The position numbers and the translations under genes are program-made. This document shows positions 8,757 through 17,859 of a stretch of 41,989 nt of DNA, piece after piece. Origin of the DNA: Micromonosporaceae bacterium (GTDB lineage: Bacteria > Actinomycetota > Actinomycetes > Mycobacteriales > Micromonosporaceae); the NCBI GenBank assembly GCA_019689695.1, contig JADGHA010000001.1, positions 1-41,989 on the forward strand, given 5' to 3'. Every line of letters starts with the position of its first letter. Position 1 is the stretch's first letter. Under the pieces are notes generated by a model. That model searched no databases and had not been told where the DNA came from. It saw only the letters and a program-made list of their open reading frames with translations.

Positions 8757-8783
8757 GGGGCGCCTCACCGCAAGAGACGCCCC
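8757..8783 (-). terminator. Hairpin downstream of the csbD-like gene
   Basis: GGGGCGCCTC-N7-GAGACGCCCC forms a 10-bp stem with one G-U pair, 29 nt after the stop. There is no U-tract, as is common in high-GC actinobacteria. Confidence 0.45.
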
Positions 8784-8811
8784 ACCGTGGTCTGCGGGCT
8801 CCGCCGCCGGG

Positions 8812-9003
8812 TCAGCCGCGGAAAGCGTCCGGGCCCTGCTGACCGGTCTCCCTGGCCTGCTGGTCCCGCCTGACCCTGGCCTCCTCCCGGTCCGCGGCAC
8901 CCTCCGCCTGCATGTTCTCCTTCTTCATGGCGCCGCCGACCTTCTCCTTGGCTCGGCCCTTCCACTCTTCCGCCATGTTCCGTGCCTTGTCTGCCAGGCT
9001 CAT
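8812..9003 (-). CDS. CsbD-family stress-response protein
   Basis: 63-aa ORF MSLADKARNMAEEWKGRAKEKVGG...QAEG, matching the CsbD pattern (DKAKxxAEExKGKAKEKxG...EG). Confidence 0.7.
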   Translation of the reverse strand: MSLADKARNMAEEWKGRAKEKVGGAMKKENMQAEGAADREEARVRRDQQARETGQQGPDAFRG

Positions 9004-9088
9004 ATCGACTCCCCCTCTGTCTCACCCCTGAGGTTGCCCACCCGGTGAGCCGGCAAACCACCACCCGGGACCGGCGCAAGACGATACG

Positions 9089-10642
9089 GTGCACCCGATG
9101 ACCGCCAGCGCCTGGATCACAGCCCGGGCCCGCGGCAACCTGGACAGCTACCTCGTTGTCAGTGGCGCGGTGGTGATCTGGGCCGCGGGGGTGGCCGCTG
9201 CAGCCACCTGGGTCGGCGACTTCCCGCTACACGTCGCCACCGTACGGACGCTGGCCGCCGACTTCGTCCACCCAGTGGACCCCATGGTGGGCACCGGCCA
9301 GGGCAGCCCGTACTACTCGCCGTACACCCTCACGCTTGCGGCAGCGGTCCGGATCACCGGTGCGGCGCCTGCCACGGTCCTCGGGCTCGTCGGTGTGGTC
9401 AACATCGTTCTGCTGCTGGTCGCGTTCCGGCGCCTCGTGGCCTGCTTCAGCCGGTCAGCAGCGGCCGCCACAGTCTCCCTCGCCGCAATGCTGTTGTTGT
9501 GGGGGCCGGGATCTCCGGGTTGGAGCGGCTTCCCCGACATCCGGTCGCTGGCCGAGACGACGCCATACCCCAGCACGATCGGGCTCGCGTTGATGCTGTT
9601 CCTGTGGGAGCGGCTACTGCGCTACCCCACCGCGGCATCCATCGCCACCGCAGCGACGATCGGCGTGCTGGCCGCGGCGATCATCCTGATCCACCCGTTC
9701 ACCGCCCTCGAGACCGCCGTCGGCGGCGCAGCGATCATGGTCAGCGTCGCGCGCGGCGGGCCACCGCACGGCTGGCTGTTGCTCGTCGCCGCCGCAGCCG
9801 TCGCCGCACTGGTCACCATGGCGTGGCCCTACTCCTCATCAGGTGACCTGCTCGCCGCCGGCTCCGCACTGGTGGAGATCCACCGGCCGCTGCGCACCGC
9901 CCTCCTGGACGGCGGGTCCCTCATCTGTGTCTACGGCCTGGTCGCGCTGCCCGCACTGGCCCTGCGGCTGCGACAGGACCGGCTCGATCCGCTCGTGCTC
10001 GTCTTCGCCCTCGGCTGCGCGGTCGTGGCGGTTGCCCTGGCCAGCCGGCAGTATCAGTACCTGCGGGTGATTCCGGTCATGATGCTGCCACTACAGGTCG
10101 CCTTTGGGATCTTTGTGGCGGAGCGGGTGTCCGCGCCCGCGCTGGCCCGAATCGCCATGGCGGCGGCAGCGGCGCTCCTGGTGGCGGCCGGACTCGCCGT
10201 CAACCGGGCGCCGGCGCTGGGTGCGGCCAGCGCTGTACCGCTGTCCTGGCTGCCGCAGTCCTTGGCCCGCCCGTTGCGGACCCTGCCGGTCGGTGCCGAT
10301 CCCGTCGACCGGGTGCGTGACTTCGCCCCGGCCGGCGCCACGGTGCTCACCGACTCGCCGCGGGCCGACCGCCGGCTGTACCTGATCGGCTACTACTCGG
10401 TGAACCCGGCCTGGCCGGACCCGTGGATCGGAGACGAGGCCACCCGCGCCGACGCCCGGGACACGCTGCTCGACAGCGCCACCCTGCCGGCCGAGCGTGG
10501 CGTGATCGCCCGGCGGTACGGCGCCCGATGCGTCTTGACCACCCGGTCGCCTGGGGTCACCCAAATCGACGGCTACCAACGGGTCGCCTCCTGGCCGGGT
10601 GGCCGGCTCTTCTGCACTAGTACGGGATCAGCGCCGGCATAG
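9089..10642 (+). CDS. Polytopic integral membrane protein of unknown function (about 12 predicted hydrophobic helices)
   Basis: 517-aa ORF with high GC3. It has repeated Ala/Leu/Val-rich helices and a C-terminal soluble region of about 110 aa. I recognise no catalytic motif. Confidence 0.6.
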   Translation: MHPMTASAWITARARGNLDSYLVVSGAVVIWAAGVAAAATWVGDFPLHVATVRTLAADFVHPVDPMVGTGQGSPYYSPYTLTLAAAVRITGAAPATVLGLVGVVNIVLLLVAFRRLVACFSRSAAAATVSLAAMLLLWGPGSPGWSGFPDIRSLAETTPYPSTIGLALMLFLWERLLRYPTAASIATAATIGVLAAAIILIHPFTALETAVGGAAIMVSVARGGPPHGWLLLVAAAAVAALVTMAWPYSSSGDLLAAGSALVEIHRPLRTALLDGGSLICVYGLVALPALALRLRQDRLDPLVLVFALGCAVVAVALASRQYQYLRVIPVMMLPLQVAFGIFVAERVSAPALARIAMAAAAALLVAAGLAVNRAPALGAASAVPLSWLPQSLARPLRTLPVGADPVDRVRDFAPAGATVLTDSPRADRRLYLIGYYSVNPAWPDPWIGDEATRADARDTLLDSATLPAERGVIARRYGARCVLTTRSPGVTQIDGYQRVASWPGGRLFCTSTGSAPA

Positions 10643-10793
10643 GGCTGAGTGGTACATCGTCGGCGACCTGCCCGCTTTGTGATCTTGGTTCGGCTCGCTC
10701 GTTGGATCTGTCTTCCCTTGCTTGTGGTTGGCGACACGTCGCGTACGCCATCCTAGGAAGCTAGTACCCTTCCCGCCGTGGTTGACTGGCCCT

Positions 10794-11366
10794 GTGGGGG
10801 AAATCGTCCTGCTTCGGCACGGCGCAACCGAGTGGAGCGCCGCCGGCAAGCACACCTCGTACACCGACGTCGACCTGACCGCGGACGGCGAGCGGGAAGC
10901 CCGGGCCCTGGCCCCCGCCCTCACCAGGTGGAACTTCATCGCGGTGTACAGCAGCCCGCGTAAGCGCGCGTTGTACACCGCGGACCTGGCCGGCCTCGAG
11001 GTCACCGAGGTCGACGAGGACCTGGGCGAATGGGACTACGGCGAGTACGAGGGCCGCACCACGGCGGAGATACGCCGGACCCGGCCGGACTGGTACCTGT
11101 GGCGGGACGGCTGCCCGGGCGGCGAGTCGGCCGAGCAGGTCGGAAAGCGGCTGGACCGGGTGCTCGCGGCGGCCCGGACCCTGCTCGACGCGGGCGACGT
11201 GGCGCTGGTCGGGCACGGACACGCCCTGCGCGTGGCCGGTGCCCGCTGGATCGCCCTCCCGCCCTCGGCCGGGGGCGTGCTGCGGTTGGACACCGGCACC
11301 ATCAGCGTGCTCGGACACGAGCACGGGCACCAGGTCATTCGGCGGTGGAACGCGCCAGCGGCGTGA
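10794..11366 (+). CDS. Histidine phosphatase (phosphoglycerate-mutase family)
   Basis: It has the RHG motif (VLLRHGATEWS) and a second histidine motif (LVGHGHALR). I prefer the GTG at 10794, just before the conserved core. In-frame alternatives are TTG 10782 and the track start 10722. Confidence 0.8.
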   Translation: MGEIVLLRHGATEWSAAGKHTSYTDVDLTADGEREARALAPALTRWNFIAVYSSPRKRALYTADLAGLEVTEVDEDLGEWDYGEYEGRTTAEIRRTRPDWYLWRDGCPGGESAEQVGKRLDRVLAAARTLLDAGDVALVGHGHALRVAGARWIALPPSAGGVLRLDTGTISVLGHEHGHQVIRRWNAPAA

Positions 11367-11802
11367 CCGCGGGCGGTCGGTTCTCGAACGGCGTGGAGAG
11401 GACGACCGTGGTCCGGGTGGTGACGTTCGCCGCGGTCCGGATCTGCTGCAGCAGCCGCTCCAGGTCGGCCGGGCTGGCCACCCGCACCAGCAGCAGGTAG
11501 AAGTCCTCCCCCGCGACCGAGTAGCAGGACTCGATCTCCGCGAGGTGGGCCAGCCGTTCCGGCGCGTCGTCCGGCTGGGACGGGTCCAGCGGGCGGATCG
11601 CCACGAACGCGGTCAGCGGCAGCCCGATCGCTTCGTAGGCGACCCGGGCGGCGTATCCCTTGATCACGCCCCGCTGCTCCAGCCGGCGCACCCGCTGGTG
11701 CACCGCCGACACCGACAGGCCCACCTTCTCGGCCAGGTCGGTGTAGGACAGCCGGCCGTCGGTGGCCAGCGCGTCGACGATCGCGCGGTCGGTCTCCTCC
11801 AC
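11335..11802 (-). CDS. Lrp/AsnC-family transcriptional regulator
   Basis: 155 aa. It has an N-terminal HTH (DRAIVDALATDGRLSYTDLAEKVGLSVSAVHQRVRRLEQRGVI) and a C-terminal RAM/AsnC_trans_reg domain. Its 3' end overlaps the phosphatase gene by 32 nt. Confidence 0.9.
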   Translation of the reverse strand: MEETDRAIVDALATDGRLSYTDLAEKVGLSVSAVHQRVRRLEQRGVIKGYAARVAYEAIGLPLTAFVAIRPLDPSQPDDAPERLAHLAEIESCYSVAGEDFYLLLVRVASPADLERLLQQIRTAANVTTRTTVVLSTPFENRPPAVTPLARSTAE

Positions 11803-11888
11803 GGCGTGAAAACTACCCGCCGGAGTGTCGATTTCGCCGCCACGCCATGCGTCACTTGGCTAGCGGACCTTCGAGGAAAGGACACCCT

Positions 11889-12248
11889 GTGAAGTACGCG
11901 ATGCTCATCTGCGGCGACGAGAGCACCTGGCAGGACGCCAGCCAAAAGGAGCGGGACGCCGCGTACCAGGCGATCTACGCCTGGATGGAGAAGTGGCAGG
12001 CGGCCGGCAAGATTCTCGCCGGCGGTGCGGAGCTGGACAGCGTGCGCAAGGCGAAGACGATCAGCCGCGGAGCGGACGGGCAACCGGTGGTCACCGACGG
12101 GCCGTACCTGGAGCTCAAGGAGGTGATCGCCGGCATGATCCTGCTGCAGGCGGACGACATCGACGACGCGGTGAACGTCGCCTCGGGATGGCCGGGCATC
12201 GCCAGCCGCGGCGCCAAGGTCGAGGTACGCCCGGTCATCGAGAACTGA
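11889..12248 (+). CDS. YCII-related (DGPF-type) small protein
   Basis: GTG at 11889 with GAAAGGA upstream. The sequence VKYAMLICGDE...VTDGPYLELKEVIAGMILL is typical of YCII/DGPF domains. It lies next to an ECF42-type sigma gene, a known association. Confidence 0.8.
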   Translation: MKYAMLICGDESTWQDASQKERDAAYQAIYAWMEKWQAAGKILAGGAELDSVRKAKTISRGADGQPVVTDGPYLELKEVIAGMILLQADDIDDAVNVASGWPGIASRGAKVEVRPVIEN

Positions 12249-12254
12249 CCTACG

Positions 12255-12286
12255 CCGTCGGGCGCGGGTGCAGGCGCGCCCGACGG
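12255..12286. terminator. Bidirectional hairpin between the convergent YCII and sigma genes
   Basis: Perfect 12-bp inverted repeat CCGTCGGGCGCG-N8-CGCGCCCGACGG. Confidence 0.5.
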
Positions 12287-12308
12287 GGCGGCAAGGGCGC
12301 GCCTGCCG

Positions 12309-13529
12309 CTACCGCGTGCCGGCGAGGCGGCGGGCGAGCAGCTCGCGCTCGGCCGGGTTGGTGGCGAGCGCGAGCGCCCGCCGCGTCGCCTCGGCGGCCT
12401 CCTCCCGGCGACCGAGCGCGCGCAGGATCTCCGCCCGGGTGGCGTGCAGCAGGCGGTAGCCGGCGAGCCGGTCGGCCAGCGCGTCCACTTCGGACAACGC
12501 GGTTGCCGGGTCGACCGCGTACCGGGTCGCGACCGCCCGGGACAGCAGTACGACCGGCGAGGGCTGCAGCTCGTACAGGCGGTCGTAGAGGCCGCGGATC
12601 GCCACCCAGTCGGTCTGGTCGTACGACGGCGCGAGCGCGTGCAGCGCCGCGATGGCCGCCTGCAGCTGGTACGGGCCGGGTGCGTTGCGCGCCGCCGCCC
12701 GGCGCAGCCGGGCCAGCGCCGAGTCGATCATCTGCCGGTCCCACTGCCGGCGGTCCTGGTCCGCCAGCAGCACCAGCCGGCCCCAGCCGTCGAACCGGGT
12801 GGCCGACCGGGCCTCGTGCAGCTCCAGCAGGGCGGCCAGCCCGGCCACCTCCGGCTCGTTCGGCATCAGGCGAGCAAGCTCCCGGGCCAGGTCGAGCGCC
12901 TCACGGGCCAGCTCGCGCCGGTGCGGGGCTTGCCGGGAGCTGGCCAGGTATCCCTCGTTGAAGACCAGGTACACGGTGGCCAGGACGGCGGGCAGCCGCT
13001 CGCCGTACGCCTCGGGCTCGGGCAGCTCGAACCGCACGCCCCGGGCCCGCAGCTGGCGCTTGGCCCGCACCAGCCGCTGGGCCATCGTCGCGGTGGGCAC
13101 CAGGAAACCGGCCGCGATCTCCTCGGTGGACAGTCCGCTCACCGCGTGCAGGGTCAGCGCCACCTGCGACGGCTGGGGCAGGCTCGGGTGGCAGCAGGCG
13201 AAGATCAGCGCCAGGCGGTCGTCGCCGGTGGGTGCCGGCGCCGGGGTGTGGGCCAGGGCGGCGAACCGGTCGCGTCCGGTGGCCTCCCGGCGCAGCCGGT
13301 CCAGGGCCTTTCGCCAGGCGGCGGTGACCAGCCAGCCGGCCGGGTTGGCCGGCACCCCGTCGGCGGCCCAGCTCGTCATCGCCTGGCTCACCGCGTCCTG
13401 CAGGGCCTCCTCTGCCCGGTCCAGGTCACCGAGGCGCCGGCTGAGCACACCGAGCATGCTCGCCGCATCTGTGCGCCAGACGCGGTCCAGGATCTCCCGC
13501 AGGTCGCCCACCCGGTGAGTCTGCAACAT
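12309..13529 (-). CDS. ECF sigma factor with a long C-terminal TPR-like extension (ECF42-type)
   Basis: 406 aa. The sigma region 2 is AEEALQDAVSQAM...AGWLVTAAWRKALDRLRR and region 4 is LHAVSGLSTEEIAAGFLVPTATMAQRLVRAKRQL. It also has a YLVFNEGY motif and a helical-repeat C-terminal half of about 200 aa. Confidence 0.85.
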   Translation of the reverse strand: MLQTHRVGDLREILDRVWRTDAASMLGVLSRRLGDLDRAEEALQDAVSQAMTSWAADGVPANPAGWLVTAAWRKALDRLRREATGRDRFAALAHTPAPAPTGDDRLALIFACCHPSLPQPSQVALTLHAVSGLSTEEIAAGFLVPTATMAQRLVRAKRQLRARGVRFELPEPEAYGERLPAVLATVYLVFNEGYLASSRQAPHRRELAREALDLARELARLMPNEPEVAGLAALLELHEARSATRFDGWGRLVLLADQDRRQWDRQMIDSALARLRRAAARNAPGPYQLQAAIAALHALAPSYDQTDWVAIRGLYDRLYELQPSPVVLLSRAVATRYAVDPATALSEVDALADRLAGYRLLHATRAEILRALGRREEAAEATRRALALATNPAERELLARRLAGTR

Positions 13530-13605
13530 TCCGCGCCCCGGATGTGGTCGCGACCACGGTGCGAACGGCGCGGGCCGCCGCGGTAGGCGGCGAAGCCGGG
13601 CCAGG

Positions 13606-14739
13606 TCAGAGCGCGCGGGAGATGACCAGGCGCTGGATCTGGTTGGTGCCCTCCACGATCTGCAGCGCTTTCGCCTCGCGCATGTACCGCTCGACCGGGT
13701 GGTCGGCGACGTAGCCGTACCCGCCGAGCACCTGCACCGCGTCGGTGGTCACCCGCATCGCCACGTCGCTGGCGAACAGCTTCGCCTTGGCCGCCTCGAC
13801 GCCGAACGGACGGCCGGCATCCTTGAGCCGGGCCGCCGCCAGGGTCAGCGCCCGGGCCGCGGCGACCTGGGTGGCCATGTCGGCGAGCAGGAACGACAGC
13901 CCCTGGAACTCGATGATCGGGCGGCCGAACTGTTCCCGCTCCCGGGCGTACTCGGTGGCGTAGTCGAGCGCCGCCTGGGCGAGGCCGACCGCGCAGGCCG
14001 CGATGCCGAGCCGGCCCGCGTCCAGCGCGTCCATCGCGATCCGAAAGCCGCGCCCCTCCTCGCCGACCAGCCGGTCGGCGGGCACCCGGGCGTCGTCGAA
14101 GACGATCTGGGCGACCGGCGACGAGCGCAGCCCCATGGTCCGCTCCCGGGCCTGTGGCAGTACTCCAGGGGTGCCGGCGTCGACGAGCAGGCAGGACACG
14201 CCGGAGGCGCCCGGACCGCCGGTGCGGCAGAAGACGCTGTAGAAGTCGGCCTGCCCGGCGTGGGTGATCCACGCCTTCGTGCCGGAGACGGTGTAGTAGT
14301 CACCCTCGCGGACGGCCCGGGTGGTCAGGTGCGCGGCGTCCGAACCGCCCTGCGGCTCGGAGAGGCATATGGCGCCGAGCAGCTCGCCGCCGAGCATCTC
14401 CGGCAGCCGCTTGCGCTGCAACTCGGTGCCGTACTTCGCGACCGGGTGGCAGGACAGCGTGTGCACGCTGACCGCCTCGGCCACGGCGAGCCACCGGTAC
14501 GCCAGCTCCTCGAGCACCTGCAGGTAGACCTCGTACGGCTGGCCGGCACCGCCGTACTCCTCCGGATAGGGCAGGCCGAGCAGGCCGGACCTGCCGAGCA
14601 GGCGCAGCAGCTCCCGCGGGAACTCGCCCCGCTGCTCGTACTCGGCCGCCCGCGGCGCCAGCTCACGGTCGGCCAACTCACGGGTCAGCTCCAGCAGCTG
14701 CCCGGCTTCTTCGGTTGGCAGTAGCCGTTCCACCCCCAT
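13606..14739 (-). CDS. Acyl-CoA dehydrogenase
   Basis: 377 aa with LSEPQGGSDAA, GTKAWITHAG and the C-terminal EGTNQIQRLVISRAL signature of ACADs. Confidence 0.9.
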   Translation of the reverse strand: MGVERLLPTEEAGQLLELTRELADRELAPRAAEYEQRGEFPRELLRLLGRSGLLGLPYPEEYGGAGQPYEVYLQVLEELAYRWLAVAEAVSVHTLSCHPVAKYGTELQRKRLPEMLGGELLGAICLSEPQGGSDAAHLTTRAVREGDYYTVSGTKAWITHAGQADFYSVFCRTGGPGASGVSCLLVDAGTPGVLPQARERTMGLRSSPVAQIVFDDARVPADRLVGEEGRGFRIAMDALDAGRLGIAACAVGLAQAALDYATEYAREREQFGRPIIEFQGLSFLLADMATQVAAARALTLAAARLKDAGRPFGVEAAKAKLFASDVAMRVTTDAVQVLGGYGYVADHPVERYMREAKALQIVEGTNQIQRLVISRAL

Positions 14740-14759
14740 GCGCCTAGCTTAACGTTCGT

Positions 14760-16664
14760 TTGGGATATGGGTGGGGACGGATCCCGGCGGGGCAGCCCCG
14801 GGACGCCGACGGAAGGGAGCGGCGACGCCCGCATGCCAGCACGCCGGATGGGTACGTCCGGAGCGTGCCGGTTGGTCCCGCGACGCGTCCCGGGCTCAGG
14901 TGGGACCTCGCCGCCGTGCTCGGCTTCCTCGTCGGCGCCGGCTACCTGACCAGCAGGCTGTGGCACGACCTGCCGCACACGCGCGGCACCAACGCGCCGG
15001 ACCAGGCGCAGTTCGAGTGGATGCTCGCCCACGGCGCGCGGGTGGTCCGCCACTTCGACTACCCGTTCGTCACCAACCGGATGAATGCGCCGGACGGCGT
15101 GAACCTGATGGCCAACACCTCCATCCTCGGTTTGTCGGTGCCGCTGTCCCCGGTGACCCTGATCTTCGGGCCGCACGCCGCCTTCACGGTGCTTTTGACC
15201 GCGGCGTACGCGGCGACCGGCATCGCCTGGTACTACGTGCTGTCCCGGCACGTCGTCGCCGCCCCCGGCGCCGCCGTCCTCGGCGCGGCCTTCTGCACGT
15301 TCGCCCCGGGCATGGTGTCGCACGGCAACGGCCACCCGAACATCGTGGCGCAGTTCCTGGTGCCGTTCATCGTCTGGCGCACGCTGGCCCTGGGCCGGTC
15401 CGGGCGGCCGCTGCGCAACGGCAGCCTGCTCGGCCTGCTGGTCACCTGGCAGGCCTTCATCAACGAAGAGATCCTGCTGCTGACCGCGGCCGGCGTCGGG
15501 ATCTTCGTCCTTGTCGTCGGGGTCTTCCGCCGCCGGTACTGGCGGCGGATCCTGCCGTTCATGGCCGGCCTGGGCGTCGCCGCCCTGGTCGCCGGCGCGC
15601 TGCTGGCGTACCCGCTGTGGGTCCAGTTCACCGGGCCGGGCAGCTACCGCGGGCTCAGCGCCAACATCCAGCAGTACGGCGCCAACCTCGCCGCCTACCC
15701 GGCCTTCTCCCAGCTGTCCCTGGCCGGCAGCGCGCGGAGCGTGCGCGGCCTGGCGCAGAACCCGACCGAGGAGAACGCCTTCCTCGGCTGGCCGTCACTG
15801 ATCCTGGTGGGCGGCGTGGTCACCTACCTGTCCCGGCGGCTCACCGCGCTCGCCGTCGCCGCCACCGGCGCCGTCTTCGCGGTCTGCTCGCTCGGCCCGG
15901 TGGTCAAATGGCGCAGCACCGGGCTGGGCCGCGGCCCGTGGGCGGCCGTGCAGTCCCTGCCAGTCCTTGACACGGTCGTGCCGACCCGGTTCGCACTCGC
16001 CACCGTGCCGGTCACCGGAGTGCTGCTGGCGATGGGCTGGGACCAGTGGCGCCGGCAGGGGCGCCTGGAGGTGGAGCGCGACGGCGGGGCCCGGCACGGC
16101 GGCTTCGGGCGGTCCCTGCGGTACGCGTCGTACGCCCTGGTCCCGGCGGCCTTCGCCGCCGCGCTGCTACCGTCCGCACCACGCCCGCTGCCCACCGTCC
16201 ACCGGACCGCGACGCCCGCAGTGCTGGTCAACGGCGCGCTGGACCGGTACCTGACCGGCGGCCGCTCGGTGGTCTTCGTGCCGCCCCCGCAGAGCCGCTA
16301 CCCCGAACCGCTGGCGTGGGCAGCCGATGCGGGCCTGTCGTTCCGGATCTCCCGCGGCTACTTCCTCGGCCCGGCGACCGGTTCGGACGACCCGGACGGG
16401 CCGAAGCACAGCATCTTCAGCGCCCCGCCCAGGCCGACCTCCTCGCTGCTGATGGCGGTGCACGACCGGGCGTGGACCCCGCACATCACCGACCGGATGC
16501 GCCAGCAGGCCGCGGCCGACCTGCGGTACTGGCGGGCCGGGGTGGTCGTGCTGGTGCCGGGCCGGCACACGGGCCCACTGCTGCGCACCACCACCGGCCT
16601 GCTCGGGTTCGAACCACAGTGGACGGACGGGGCGTGGGTGTGGGACGTGCGGCACCTCGACTGA
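14760..16664 (+). CDS. Large polytopic membrane protein, possible GT-C-type glycosyltransferase; start uncertain
   Basis: 634-aa ORF with at least 10 hydrophobic helices followed by a soluble C-terminal domain of about 180 aa. It borders the glycan cluster. The track start leaves only 20 nt to the divergent ACAD gene, so an internal start (for example GTG 14865) is possible. Confidence 0.55.
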   Translation: MGYGWGRIPAGQPRDADGRERRRPHASTPDGYVRSVPVGPATRPGLRWDLAAVLGFLVGAGYLTSRLWHDLPHTRGTNAPDQAQFEWMLAHGARVVRHFDYPFVTNRMNAPDGVNLMANTSILGLSVPLSPVTLIFGPHAAFTVLLTAAYAATGIAWYYVLSRHVVAAPGAAVLGAAFCTFAPGMVSHGNGHPNIVAQFLVPFIVWRTLALGRSGRPLRNGSLLGLLVTWQAFINEEILLLTAAGVGIFVLVVGVFRRRYWRRILPFMAGLGVAALVAGALLAYPLWVQFTGPGSYRGLSANIQQYGANLAAYPAFSQLSLAGSARSVRGLAQNPTEENAFLGWPSLILVGGVVTYLSRRLTALAVAATGAVFAVCSLGPVVKWRSTGLGRGPWAAVQSLPVLDTVVPTRFALATVPVTGVLLAMGWDQWRRQGRLEVERDGGARHGGFGRSLRYASYALVPAAFAAALLPSAPRPLPTVHRTATPAVLVNGALDRYLTGGRSVVFVPPPQSRYPEPLAWAADAGLSFRISRGYFLGPATGSDDPDGPKHSIFSAPPRPTSSLLMAVHDRAWTPHITDRMRQQAAADLRYWRAGVVVLVPGRHTGPLLRTTTGLLGFEPQWTDGAWVWDVRHLD

Positions 16665-16682
16665 GCCGCGCGGTCCGGACCG

Positions 16683-17837
16683 TCAGGGCGAGTAGTTCCA
16701 GCCCAGGCACAGGTAGCTGCCGAACCCGGCCGAGCCGAGGGCGAGCACTGCGAAGACAGCGACCGCGGTTCGCACCCGCAGCCGGCCCAGCGCGCCGGCC
16801 ACCGGCAGGAGCAGACCGAATGCGGGGATCAGCAGGCGCGCCTTCGAGTGGTAGTAGCCTCCGCCGCCGGTGACGAGGACGAGCAGTACGCCGGAGTAGA
16901 CCAGCAACGGCCACTGCTGCCTCGCCCGCAGCGACACTGCGAAGAGAACGACGGAGGCCAGCAGCACCACCGTGACCGCGTAGAGCTGCAACGCCTGCCG
17001 CCGGCTGACGACCTCGCCCATCGTCTGGAAGGTGTAGCGCCCGCCGTCGAACGGCATCCCCCATACGGCGTCCTGGACGTGGAAGTAGCCGTCCAGCCGG
17101 TGCAGCCGCCGGGCCACGAAGACCAGGTACCCGAGCAGGCCGAGCGGCGCCAGTGCCCCGGCCAACCAGGGCCGCCAGCCGTCGGCGCGGCCCACCGCGG
17201 CGACCAGGCAGGCCAGCCCGACCGCGGCCACCAGCGCGGCGGAGGTGGGCCGGACCAGCCCGGCGAGCAGGCACAGCCCGCCGGCGGTCAGCCACCGCCG
17301 GGTCAGCACCGCGTACAGCGACCACGCCGACAAGGCGGTGAACAGGGTCTCGGTGTACGCCATCGACTCGACCACAGCGTGCGGAATCACCGCCCACAGC
17401 GCGGCGAGGGCGACTCCAGTGCGCCGGTCCCGCGCGTGGCTGCCGATCGCGTACAGCCCGCCCGCCGCGGCCAGGCCGGCCAGCCAGGACACGGCTAGAC
17501 CGGAGACCCCCGGGCCGCCGGCCAGCACCGGGTCGAGGGCGGCGATCAGCCCCGGGTACAGCGGGAAGAAGACCAGGTTGGTCAGCCCGTTCACGCCAAC
17601 CCCGTGGTCGTAGCCGGTGGTGGCGATGTTCTTGTACCAGGTGGCGTCGTACGTGTTGCTCAGCAGCAGCCAGACGTCCTGCCCGGCACGGTCGGCGAAC
17701 GCCGCGAGGACAACCACGCCGACCGTGCGGAGCGCGGCGTACGCGGCCAGCGCGGGCACGGCGGAACGGACCGCGGACCGCAGCCGGCCTGCACGGGTGC
17801 GCGGCAGCGACCACGCCGCACCGGAGGTCCCGCGCAT
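16683..17837 (-). CDS. GT-C-fold membrane glycosyltransferase (PIG-V/mannosyltransferase-like)
   Basis: 384 aa, polytopic. The first-loop motif YDATWYKNIATTGYD followed by NLVFFPLYP resembles bacterial PIG-V-like mannosyltransferases. This is from memory. Confidence 0.55.
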   Translation of the reverse strand: MRGTSGAAWSLPRTRAGRLRSAVRSAVPALAAYAALRTVGVVVLAAFADRAGQDVWLLLSNTYDATWYKNIATTGYDHGVGVNGLTNLVFFPLYPGLIAALDPVLAGGPGVSGLAVSWLAGLAAAGGLYAIGSHARDRRTGVALAALWAVIPHAVVESMAYTETLFTALSAWSLYAVLTRRWLTAGGLCLLAGLVRPTSAALVAAVGLACLVAAVGRADGWRPWLAGALAPLGLLGYLVFVARRLHRLDGYFHVQDAVWGMPFDGGRYTFQTMGEVVSRRQALQLYAVTVVLLASVVLFAVSLRARQQWPLLVYSGVLLVLVTGGGGYYHSKARLLIPAFGLLLPVAGALGRLRVRTAVAVFAVLALGSAGFGSYLCLGWNYSP

Positions 17838-17859
17838 CAGGCCCCGCGCTGCGCCGCCG

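Noticed and set aside
16605-16615. GGGTTCGAACC, resembling a tRNA T-arm.
   Set aside because: It lies inside a well-supported membrane-protein CDS, and there is no surrounding cloverleaf (no acceptor or anticodon stems).
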